From contig OZ242029.1 in assembly GCA_965205015.1 (NCBI GenBank), positions 4,064,001 to 4,128,000 on the forward strand: a DNA stretch of 64,000 bases, in the 5' to 3' direction. Below the pieces are notes generated by a model. The model did not search any database and was not told the origin of the DNA. It saw nothing but the letters and a program-made list of their open reading frames with translations. This document shows, piece by piece, positions 38,622 through 47,242 of this stretch. The first letter of the stretch is position 1. Each line of letters opens with the position of its first letter. The DNA is from Candidatus Poribacteria bacterium. Lineage in GTDB: Bacteria > Poribacteria > WGA-4E > WGA-3G. The position numbers and the translations under genes were made by a program.

Positions 38622-40439
38622 ATGAATCACAAAATCAAAACGAAACTTCCCTTGTTCATAAGTCTAATTATCTGTTTCACGGGATATGCCCTTGCACAGG
38701 TTGAAACCGAAATACCGATTGCGGATTACACCTTCGAAACCATCGAAGTGCCGGGCATCGATTTTCTGGAGGTGGCCGCAAGTAACGACTTCGGAGACTA
38801 CGCCGGGAACACCCGAACCCCTGACGGTGAGAAAACCATCGGTTTCACGTTGATAGATGGTGTGTTTACAACCTACGATTTCCCGGATTCCCTGAATACC
38901 TATTTCTATGCACTCGACAACGCTGGAAAAGCAGCCGGACACTACAAAGATATGGATGGACTTTACCACGGTGTCATCATGGAAGATGGGGAACTCACGC
39001 AATACGATTTTCCCGGTGCAGCCGAAACCCACATCTACGGTCTTAGCGATGAAACAGGGGCACTGAGCGGTAATATTGTTGATGAAACAGGTGCCACTCG
39101 CGCCTTTTCAGGCGATCTGATAATTACGGTCCCTGGTGCGGTCACAACTTATGGGGACTTCGTCAACGCCGCAGGTGCTGTCGTTGGGAGCTACGTGGAT
39201 GCCGATGGAAGGCCTCATGGGTTCATACGTAACCCCGACGGCAGTTTCACCACTATTGACGTTCCAGAAATGCCAAATCTTGAATTCCTATTTGTAAACA
39301 CCATCACCGATTTCGGTGTTGTCGCTTTCAGAGCGAAAGCTGTAAATGATATTCTGCGGTCCTATATCCTCCTGCCAGATGGTATCCTCTATGAAGTGCG
39401 GCTCCCAGGCAGTGTGAACACCGTCGTCCGAAATGTGAATCAGGATGGGAGTATTATCGGTTATTACGACTTAACAGACAGGCGTAGATACGGCTTCGTC
39501 GGTAGACCGACACCACAATCAGATGGGAAAAATTTGGGTAATATCTTCTCCATGCACCTCTCTAAAGGCTTGAACCTGTTGTCTGTGCCGTTGAAACCAA
39601 CTGTCTACATGACAGCACGCTCGCTCGCAGTCAAGACAGGCGCGACAGCCGTTGTTATGTTTGATGCCGCGAACCAACGGTTCGTCGGATGGACGCCAAA
39701 CGCACCCGACGACGGATTCCCCATTGAAGGCGCAAGAGGATATATCGCCAATCTACCAGAAGCTCGTGATGTCGTTTTCACTGGGACAAAGTGGACAAAT
39801 CAGATGGAGGTCGCTGCAGCACCGATTGCAACGCCTCTCAATCAGACGTGGGCCTTCGTCGTCAACGGGTATTTAGGAGGCACACAACGCTTCAACGGGT
39901 ATCTCGTCACAATCCGAAACACACGGACGAACACTACCATGACAGCGCGGGTGCGCGGTAATTACTTTGCCGCTGCGACTGCCGATCTCAACTACCGCAG
40001 CGTTGTGGAAGTCGGGGATAGGTTAGAATTAACCGTAACGGACACACACGGAAACATCGCTTCAGAAAGATTCAATTTCACGGTGAATCCGATGAATCTG
40101 GCAAACGCCGCTCTGAATGTGACGCTGGATGGCATCGGGACACCGAAACAGAATCTTCTGTTGCAGAACTATCCGAACCCTTTCAATCCTGAGACGTGGA
40201 TACCCTATCGGCTTTCAGAGGGCGGTGACGTGTTCTTGTCCATCTATGACACAAAAGGCGCGCGCATCCGAACGCTTTCGCTCGGCTATCAGTCCGCGGG
40301 TTTCTATCAGGATCAAGGACGTGCCGCCTATTGGGATGGGCGCAACGACTTAGGGGAACCGGTTGCAAGTGGGGTCTATTTTTACCAACTGACAACGGCA
40401 TCTTTCCAGCAAACCCGGCGGATGCTTATTTTCAAATAG
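38622..40439 (+). CDS. Secreted protein: 1 divergent HAF-like propeller module + stalk + CTD
   Basis: Single DYTFETIEVPG unit, LSKGLNLLSVPL, TWAFVVNG, CTD. Confidence 0.88.
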   Translation: MNHKIKTKLPLFISLIICFTGYALAQVETEIPIADYTFETIEVPGIDFLEVAASNDFGDYAGNTRTPDGEKTIGFTLIDGVFTTYDFPDSLNTYFYALDNAGKAAGHYKDMDGLYHGVIMEDGELTQYDFPGAAETHIYGLSDETGALSGNIVDETGATRAFSGDLIITVPGAVTTYGDFVNAAGAVVGSYVDADGRPHGFIRNPDGSFTTIDVPEMPNLEFLFVNTITDFGVVAFRAKAVNDILRSYILLPDGILYEVRLPGSVNTVVRNVNQDGSIIGYYDLTDRRRYGFVGRPTPQSDGKNLGNIFSMHLSKGLNLLSVPLKPTVYMTARSLAVKTGATAVVMFDAANQRFVGWTPNAPDDGFPIEGARGYIANLPEARDVVFTGTKWTNQMEVAAAPIATPLNQTWAFVVNGYLGGTQRFNGYLVTIRNTRTNTTMTARVRGNYFAAATADLNYRSVVEVGDRLELTVTDTHGNIASERFNFTVNPMNLANAALNVTLDGIGTPKQNLLLQNYPNPFNPETWIPYRLSEGGDVFLSIYDTKGARIRTLSLGYQSAGFYQDQGRAAYWDGRNDLGEPVASGVYFYQLTTASFQQTRRMLIFK

Positions 40440-40469
40440 TAACATCCAGACCTTGGTTGGCATACTGCT

Positions 40470-40491
40470 GGCGAGGTTCCCTAACCTCGCC
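40470..40491. repeat. GGCGAGG-type palindromic repeat, copy 3 (possible 3' hairpin)
   Basis: GGCGAGGTT-ccct-AACCTCGCC 30 nt after a stop codon. Confidence 0.75.
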
Positions 40492-40519
40492 GCTTAAGTC
40501 TGTCAAACACACGTGAACA

Positions 40520-41623
40520 ATGCAATATCAATGCGGCAAATGCAGCAACACCTATCAGATCTCACCGTTGCGCTATAAGTGCGACTGTGGAAACCCACTG
40601 AACCTCGTCAGAGATTCACGCGTAATCCCGAATCCACAGGTCCCAGGGGCGATGTCGCTCTGGCGGTATCGCGAAGCACTACCGATCGGTGAGGAGACAG
40701 AGATTGTCACGCTCGGTGAAGGCATGACCCCGCTTGTTCCACTTGACGTTAATGCTCCTGAACACTTCGCAAAATTGGATTATCTCTGTCCGACCGGTTC
40801 CTATAAGGATCGAGGGGCATCTGTCCTACTGACGCACCTCAAATCACTTGGTGTGGATACGATTGTTGAAGATTCATCGGGCAACGCGGGTGCCGCGATA
40901 GCCGCCTACAGCGCGAGGGCAGGCATTCACTGCACTATCTACTGTCCTGCGGCCACTTCAAAAGGTAAATTGAGACAGATTTCCGCTTACGGTGCCGAGT
41001 TAAAACTGGTGGCAGGCAACCGTATGGCAACGACGGAAGCCGTAAAACTCGCCGCGGAGACCACCTGTTATGCTTCTCATAACTGGCACCCGTTTTTCTT
41101 GGAAGGCACAAAGACGCTCGCGTATGAGATTACCGAACAACTCGGGTGGCGTGCACCGACACATGTCTTGTGTCCAGTCGGGTTCGGGAGCATTTATCTC
41201 GGACTCGCTATCGGATTTCGTGAATTGCAGACCCAAGGGATTATTGAAGGCATCCCTCGACTTCTCGGGGTTCAATCCGATGTTTGTTGCCCAATCCACA
41301 ACGCGTATGTTGAAACCCTAACGTCAATCTCAAGAATGCAGCAAACTGGAGACACACTTGCTGAGGGTATTACCGCTGAGCTCCCCATCCGAGGCGACAA
41401 TATTTTGGAGGCACTCCATTTCTCGAACGGTGCATTTACCACAGTCAACGACACAGACATTAAGGAAGGCATGAAACTGCTTGCCGCCAAAGGGATGTAT
41501 GTGGAACCTACGTCTGCTGTGATCGTTAAAGCGTATCAGAAGTTCAAAGCGTCAGGTATCATCCAAGAAGGTGATATGACAGTCTCGATCCTCACCGGTA
41601 TCGGTTTAAAGGCGAGTAAGTAA
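40520..41623 (+). CDS. Threonine synthase-like PLP-dependent enzyme with N-terminal Zn ribbon
   Basis: CxxC..CxC, LGEGMTPL, PTGSYKDRG (PLP lysine), DSSGNAG, VEPTSA, LTGIGLK. Confidence 0.85.
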   Translation: MQYQCGKCSNTYQISPLRYKCDCGNPLNLVRDSRVIPNPQVPGAMSLWRYREALPIGEETEIVTLGEGMTPLVPLDVNAPEHFAKLDYLCPTGSYKDRGASVLLTHLKSLGVDTIVEDSSGNAGAAIAAYSARAGIHCTIYCPAATSKGKLRQISAYGAELKLVAGNRMATTEAVKLAAETTCYASHNWHPFFLEGTKTLAYEITEQLGWRAPTHVLCPVGFGSIYLGLAIGFRELQTQGIIEGIPRLLGVQSDVCCPIHNAYVETLTSISRMQQTGDTLAEGITAELPIRGDNILEALHFSNGAFTTVNDTDIKEGMKLLAAKGMYVEPTSAVIVKAYQKFKASGIIQEGDMTVSILTGIGLKASK

Positions 41624-41628
41624 AACTC

Positions 41629-42933
41629 ATGAGAGAAAACAGACTTGACTTCACGCGACTCATTACCGTCTGCGCGCTGATCCTACTTTTTATTTTCGTG
41701 ATTGGCGCGTTGCGCGCCCGAGAGCGTTCGTTTTTCCGCATCGGTGCCAGCAAGAGTAGAAACCAAGAGGCATTTCCCGACACTGTCAAACGGCGCGATG
41801 AACTCCACAGCGATCGATGGCCCAAAGGTTTTCGACTGCTTCGGTATTGGTGGACGGGTGGCGCAGCGGTCTATATTGCCGAGATGGACCGCACGGCGAA
41901 AAATCTCCAATTCGCTGTTGAACTCGCCAACGATCAGATTTTAGGACGCGAAACCATCACGGATGCGACCAAGCGCCTCATGGCAAAAGACGTGCTGCCG
42001 CTCGCAGGTGTCAACGGCAGCTTTGGCATCCGAGAGGACAATCGCGGACGCGGTGGGATGATGTTCAATCTGCATATCCAAAACGGTGAACTGATCAGTA
42101 TCTCCACACCCCTGGATAGATGGGGATATTCGCCGCCATCCCCGTGGGGTGAGACGAGTTTCGGCGTAACACCCGATGGCGAGTTCCTCTTGGATAGGGT
42201 GAAACTCAACGGTAAACTCAAGATTGCCGGTGATACACTTCCGATTGATGCGGTCAACCAAATTTGCGATTCAGCGTGTCCTGCTGTACTCTATACATCA
42301 CGTTTTGGACGTAGAACTTTAACACGCCGATGCTACGAGTTTACACTCAGACAAATTCAACTGCCGCTGACCGGAAAATACACAAGTAGATTCGTCGTTA
42401 CGGATGTGAACCCGCGCGGCAACAGTATCATCCCGTTTGATGGTATCGTTCTTGCGGTCGAACCGCGTTTGGCACGGGACTGGACAGATAAAATCGTCAA
42501 ATCCACAGCGGGCACATTGGAAATTGCGCTCACGCCTAAAAAATGGCAACGTGTTCAGCAGGGGATTGGTGGGAATTTGCGGCTTGTCCGGGAGGGTAAG
42601 GTCGAACCTGAACTCATCGCGTTTGGCGAGTCGCGTGGGGGGAGTGCCTACCGGCATCGGAATGCCGCGTCCCGTCACCCGCGCAGTGCCCTCGGATTTA
42701 ACGATGAAAAGTTGTTCCTCATCGCTATTGACGGCAGGCAGCCGGGGTACAGTATGGGGATGACGCTCTATCAGATGGGAACGTTTTTCAGCGAACTCGG
42801 CATCAAACACGCCATCAACTTCGACGGTGGAAGCTCCTCGACCTTATGGGCACTCGGGAGGGTCGCAAACAGTCCGGCGCACGGCTACGAACGCCGTATT
42901 TTCAACGTTGCGATGATCCGCGCGAAAAAATAA
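41629..42933 (+). CDS. Phosphodiester glycosidase (NAGPA/DUF2233) family protein
   Basis: N-terminal TM; AGVNGSF, RHPRSALG, IDGRQ, AINFDGGSSS. Confidence 0.85.
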   Translation: MRENRLDFTRLITVCALILLFIFVIGALRARERSFFRIGASKSRNQEAFPDTVKRRDELHSDRWPKGFRLLRYWWTGGAAVYIAEMDRTAKNLQFAVELANDQILGRETITDATKRLMAKDVLPLAGVNGSFGIREDNRGRGGMMFNLHIQNGELISISTPLDRWGYSPPSPWGETSFGVTPDGEFLLDRVKLNGKLKIAGDTLPIDAVNQICDSACPAVLYTSRFGRRTLTRRCYEFTLRQIQLPLTGKYTSRFVVTDVNPRGNSIIPFDGIVLAVEPRLARDWTDKIVKSTAGTLEIALTPKKWQRVQQGIGGNLRLVREGKVEPELIAFGESRGGSAYRHRNAASRHPRSALGFNDEKLFLIAIDGRQPGYSMGMTLYQMGTFFSELGIKHAINFDGGSSSTLWALGRVANSPAHGYERRIFNVAMIRAKK

Positions 42934-42938
42934 GCACA

Positions 42939-43331
42939 ATGCAATCTAAATATTTCCTACTTCCTATCCTGTTCATACTCGCGTGTTCAAACAGGAACAC
43001 ACCGCAAGCCGTCAGCGAAGATTTTATCTATAACTACTATCAGCGTGCCGACCAAGCGGCAGCGTTACAACTCAGCCATGGGCTCGCCGCAGAAAAATTG
43101 GAAGACGAAATCGCTCGTGTGCGTGAAGTCCGGTCTCCGGGGCAACAGATGGAGGAGATGCCGAAGATTGAATACGAAGCAATTGGAAAAGAAGAGGAAC
43201 CAACACACGTCCTATTCAACTATAAGCTCACTATCACAACACGAGGCACAATAACCTACACCCGGAACGTCATTATCAATACCGAACAGATTGATGGACG
43301 CTGGAAAGTCGTCAACTTCGACGAATATTAA
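42939..43331 (+). CDS. Hypothetical lipoprotein (NTF2-like possible)
   Basis: Lipobox ILAC after MQSKYFLLPILF; ends DGRWKVVNF. Confidence 0.7.
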   Translation: MQSKYFLLPILFILACSNRNTPQAVSEDFIYNYYQRADQAAALQLSHGLAAEKLEDEIARVREVRSPGQQMEEMPKIEYEAIGKEEEPTHVLFNYKLTITTRGTITYTRNVIINTEQIDGRWKVVNFDEY

Positions 43332-43382
43332 GGAAGTTGTGCGTAGACATGCGATCATTGGGCTTTGTCGAGATCGTTATCC

Positions 43383-43411
43383 TTGAAAAATTATATCCAT
43401 TTGGTTATAAT
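43383..43411 (+). promoter_or_regulatory. sigma70 promoter, probably leaderless toxin mRNA
   Basis: TTGAAA-N17-TATAAT ending 5 nt before ATG 43417. Confidence 0.65.
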
Positions 43412-43416
43412 ATATT

Positions 43417-43791
43417 ATGGATCATGATAGGATGAACTTAAGAGAAGCTATATGGATAGGGGATTCTAAGACGAGACTGAAGGAATTTCCGCAGCCCATC
43501 CAAAAAGATATTGGCGACGCTTTATTTGTTGCCCAGGCTGGAAGTATGTCTCCAATGGCGAAACCATTTAAAGGCGTTGGCTCAGGGGTTTTTGAGATAC
43601 GATCGGATTATCGGACTGATACTTATCGCGCCGTATATGCGGTGAAGATTGGAGAGCGAGTTTACGTGCTGCATTGTTTTCAAAAGAAATCGAAGCGCGG
43701 AATTAAAACCCCCAAAAAAGAAGTAGACCTTATCAAGAGACGCCTCAGAATGGCGCAAGAACTGGAGGAAAATTATGAGCAAGCAGATTAA
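43417..43791 (+). CDS. Type II TA toxin, RelE/ParE (HigB/Gp49-like)
   Basis: KPFKGVGSGVFEIR, YRAVY, YVLHCFQKKS..TP. Confidence 0.9.
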   Translation: MDHDRMNLREAIWIGDSKTRLKEFPQPIQKDIGDALFVAQAGSMSPMAKPFKGVGSGVFEIRSDYRTDTYRAVYAVKIGERVYVLHCFQKKSKRGIKTPKKEVDLIKRRLRMAQELEENYEQAD

Positions 43792-44098
43792 ATTTGAAAA
43801 GAGTTCAGGCAATGTCTTTAAGGATTTAGACCTGCCAGACGCGGAGGAACTATTTCTTAAAGCGAAGCTTGGGTTTGAAGTGTTTCAAATTATAGAAGAT
43901 CGCAAGTTAACTCAAGTTGAAGCGGCAAAGATTTTAGGTGTGAAGCAGCCCGAGATCTCCAGACTAAAGCAAGGAAGGTTTAATCATTATAGTGTAGAAC
44001 GACTGTTAGCGTTTCTGAACCAATTGAATCGCGATATTGAAATCCGCATTATTCCCTCAGAGGATAGAAAGGGACAACAACGAGTTGTCGCCGTTTAG
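43775..44098 (+). CDS. XRE-family HTH antitoxin (HigA-like)
   Basis: SSGNVFKDL, LTQVEAAKILGVKQPEISRL; overlaps toxin. Confidence 0.9.
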   Translation: MSKQIKFEKSSGNVFKDLDLPDAEELFLKAKLGFEVFQIIEDRKLTQVEAAKILGVKQPEISRLKQGRFNHYSVERLLAFLNQLNRDIEIRIIPSEDRKGQQRVVAV

Positions 44099-44159
44099 TT
44101 ACAGAAATGGACATCAATCCTCAGACTCGCCGCATCGAACCGCAAGGAAAATTAAAAAA

Positions 44160-45257
44160 ATGAAAACTGGAAAAGTTGCTGTTTTCACAGAAGCGCAAAC
44201 ACCCATGGAATTCCGGGAATACCCGATCCCATCCGTTACACCCGATGATCTGCTCGTCCGAATCCGTATGGCGAACATCTGCGGCTCCGACCTACATTTT
44301 TGGCGCGGACATGGACCGAAAATCGAGAGCGGTATCCCCCAAGTGCTCGGACACGAAATGATCGGCACGATCGAAGCCATGGGACGCAATATCACAACGG
44401 ATAGCATGGGACAACCCCTAACCGAAGGCGATCGCATCGCCTATTCCTACTTCAAACCGTGTCAACGCTGTTGGATGTGTCTCAACGGAAAACCCGGATG
44501 TCCGAACCGCTATCGAGATTGGCTCGGTGTCTCCAGTGAGCAATCGCCTCACTTTCACGGTGCTTACGGCGAGTACTACTACATGAAACCCGGACATTGG
44601 GTGTTCAAGGTCCCTGATGCACTCTCGGACGCACTCGTATCCCCCATCAACTGCGCCTTGTCTGAAGTCATTTACGGGCTCAACCAGATCGGCATCACAC
44701 TCGGTGATACCGTGGTCATCCAAGGTGCGGGTGGACTCGGACTCTACGCCACCGCAGTCGCAAAGGAGATGGGTGCGGGAAAAATCATCGTTTTTGATCG
44801 GCTCCCTGCACGCCTTGCACTCGCGCAGGAGTTTGGCGCCGATGAGACGCTCAACGTCGACGAAATTGACATGAAATCACGTGTCGAATACGTCCTCGAC
44901 CAGACACGCGGCATCGGTGCAGACCTTGTCGCCGAGTTTGTCGGATCCCCGCGCGTCCTCGCCGAAGGCGTGGAGATGCTCCGGTGGGGTGGACGTTACC
45001 TCTGGATCGGCAACATCAATCTCGGATTCCCCACAGAGATCGATCCCGGCAACATCGTCCGCTGCAGTAAAGCGATTCGCGGCGTGATCGTCTACGAACC
45101 GTGGGTCATCCCGCGTGCCCTCGATTTCCTCAGCCGAACACGAGACAGGTATCCGTTCCACAAAATCATCTCCGATACCTTCTCGTTCAGCGACATCAAC
45201 GAAGCGTTCTCTTACGCCGATAGCGGCGAGGCAATCCGAGTCGGATTGGAATTTTGA
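44160..45257 (+). CDS. Zinc-binding alcohol dehydrogenase (MDR family)
   Basis: ICGSD, GHE, CxxCxxC..C, GAGGLG; ATG 44160. Confidence 0.92.
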   Translation: MKTGKVAVFTEAQTPMEFREYPIPSVTPDDLLVRIRMANICGSDLHFWRGHGPKIESGIPQVLGHEMIGTIEAMGRNITTDSMGQPLTEGDRIAYSYFKPCQRCWMCLNGKPGCPNRYRDWLGVSSEQSPHFHGAYGEYYYMKPGHWVFKVPDALSDALVSPINCALSEVIYGLNQIGITLGDTVVIQGAGGLGLYATAVAKEMGAGKIIVFDRLPARLALAQEFGADETLNVDEIDMKSRVEYVLDQTRGIGADLVAEFVGSPRVLAEGVEMLRWGGRYLWIGNINLGFPTEIDPGNIVRCSKAIRGVIVYEPWVIPRALDFLSRTRDRYPFHKIISDTFSFSDINEAFSYADSGEAIRVGLEF

Positions 45258-45271
45258 CGCGGAGTTAAAAG

Positions 45272-45595
45272 ATGCGTAACTACAGAAAATTCAAAGACTA
45301 TCATATCCAGCAGCTGCGCGATCCAGAGGACGCAAAAATATACCTTTCCGTCGCTCTTGAGGATTACGAAAAAAATGAGGATATAGATGCGTTTTTACTT
45401 GCAGTCAGAGATGTAGCAGAGGCACAAGGCGGTATATCTAAGTTAGCCGAACGTCTCAGCCTTACCGATGATGGACTCAACAAAGTTCTATCCGAAAATG
45501 GAAATCCGCAACTCAACACGATACGCAAAATACTGCACGAGTTAGGGTTTAAATTTTCGATAGAAGCACGAGAGAATCGACCATACGCAGTATGA
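45272..45595 (+). CDS. Orphan addiction-module antidote (HI1420-like HTH) protein
   Basis: YL..ALE..FLLAVRDVAEAQGGISKLAE..LSENGNP.L.T; no adjacent toxin. Confidence 0.8.
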   Translation: MRNYRKFKDYHIQQLRDPEDAKIYLSVALEDYEKNEDIDAFLLAVRDVAEAQGGISKLAERLSLTDDGLNKVLSENGNPQLNTIRKILHELGFKFSIEARENRPYAV

Positions 45596-46734
45596 ACTAT
45601 CCTCCTAAAACCGCTTCTTCTGTCTATATTCACATCCCATTTTGCGCGACGAAATGCTACTACTGTGCTTTCAATACCTATACCTTTCACAAAGAGGAGG
45701 CGAAAGCATACCTAACCGCACTCCGCACAGAAATGGAACTCTATGCCGCTGAAACCGAGCCTCTACAAACGGTTTTCATTGGCGGTGGCACGCCTTCCAT
45801 CCTCTCTGCGGACGCTTTGGCACGGTTATTTACGGATATACATCAGCATTTCCAACTAACGCCAAACGCGGAGATCACCGTAGAATGTAATCCGGGGACC
45901 GTTGATAGTGAGAAGTTACGTGTAATGCGAGATAACGGTGTGAATCGGCTCAGCTTCGGTTTGCAAGCCATGCAAGACGAGACCTTGAAACAGTTAGGCA
46001 GGATCCACACCGTCGCTGAATTCTTGCAGAGTTATCGCCTCGCGCGCGAAGGCGGTTTTGAGAACATCAACATCGACCTGATTTTCGCACTTCCCGACCA
46101 AACGCTGGCAGCGTGGCAGCACACCCTCAACAAAGTGATCTCCCTTGAACCCGACCACATTTCAGCCTATAATCTCGTTATGGAGGAGGCGACCCCCTTC
46201 TATGAAGGGTGGCAAGCCGGTGAACTCCACCTCCCGACCGAGGACACGGAAGCCGATATGTTCCAATACACCATTGATACACTCACCACGCACGGGTATA
46301 CACATTATGAAATCTGTAACTTTACCAAGCCGAACCACTTTGCGAGACACAATCTCGTCTACTGGAACAACCAGCCGTGTATCGGGCTCGGCGCAGGCGC
46401 GTGTGGGTATATCAACGGCGTTCGTTACACCAACATTCGGGGTATCGCGCCCTATATTCGCGAACTCTCCCAACGTCATAAACCGATCGCCGATACCGAA
46501 CGCATGACGGGACACGCTGAAAAGTCGGAAACGCTCATGCTCGCACTTCGGAAGCGCGAAGGCATTTCTCTTGACGTTTATAAAGACCGGTTCGGTGAAG
46601 ATATCGAAGTCGCCTTTGGAAGCATCCTCAAAAAATGGTTAGACATGGAATTGCTGGAACGCACAGCCACACATCTCCGCCTCACACCTCGCGGTCTCTT
46701 CCTCGCAAACGAAGTCTTCGTCGAATTGATGTGA
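45592..46734 (+). CDS. hemW: Radical SAM heme chaperone HemW
   Basis: YIHIPFCATKCYYCAF, GGGTPS, YEICNF..HNLVYW. Confidence 0.9.
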   Translation: MNYPPKTASSVYIHIPFCATKCYYCAFNTYTFHKEEAKAYLTALRTEMELYAAETEPLQTVFIGGGTPSILSADALARLFTDIHQHFQLTPNAEITVECNPGTVDSEKLRVMRDNGVNRLSFGLQAMQDETLKQLGRIHTVAEFLQSYRLAREGGFENINIDLIFALPDQTLAAWQHTLNKVISLEPDHISAYNLVMEEATPFYEGWQAGELHLPTEDTEADMFQYTIDTLTTHGYTHYEICNFTKPNHFARHNLVYWNNQPCIGLGAGACGYINGVRYTNIRGIAPYIRELSQRHKPIADTERMTGHAEKSETLMLALRKREGISLDVYKDRFGEDIEVAFGSILKKWLDMELLERTATHLRLTPRGLFLANEVFVELM

Positions 46735-46928
46735 GGTTTTTCGACACGACAGGCGGATCACAATCTGACAGATCGTACTGCGATTCTCCTTTTTGCTTTT
46801 TTAATTGGCTTTATATCCTGGACATGCTATCCTATATAGGCTTCACATAGCAGGGTTTATACCAAATTAACCCGATTTGTATTGTCTTTTCCTCAAGGAA
46901 TAGCCCACGAAGTGGAGGCGGTGTGCAA

Positions 46929-47186
46929 ATGGCTGATCAAGATTTTCGGGAAAGAGTCCTTAAATCCTTGGCACGGATTGAGGCACAATCTAGAGAAAAT
47001 AATGCACGTTTGGAAAAACGTCTTGATTCTTTGGATACCCGCGTAGGCTCTTTGGAGCGTGATGTTGGGTGGATTAAAGGAAAACTGGAAGGAAAGCAAG
47101 AGGGCACGAGTAAAGTGTTGACTGTCCTTACTGTATGTACCGCTGTAGGTGCCGCGATTATAGCTCTTATTGCCTTGCTAACCTAA
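46929..47186 (+). CDS. Small coiled-coil protein with C-terminal membrane anchor
   Basis: Heptad LEKRLDSLDTRVGSLERDVGWIKG followed by hydrophobic tail; GGAGG upstream. Confidence 0.7.
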   Translation: MADQDFRERVLKSLARIEAQSRENNARLEKRLDSLDTRVGSLERDVGWIKGKLEGKQEGTSKVLTVLTVCTAVGAAIIALIALLT

Positions 47187-47242
47187 TATCCGCGATTTGG
47201 ATTTCCGATTGCCTTATTCCCTAAATCTACTATCATACCTCC

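Noticed and set aside
28126-40439. Diversity-generating retroelement behind module variation
   Set aside because: No reverse transcriptase or non-coding template repeat in the window; differences are not adenine-specific by eye
40458-40472. Second sigma54 promoter TGGCATACTGCTGGC
   Set aside because: GG-N10-GC spacing fits, but the -12 box is TGGC and is contributed by the GGCGAGG repeat; too weak
28297-40516. Recurrent short ORFs overlapping the propeller genes
   Set aside because: They recur only because the host modules are duplicated
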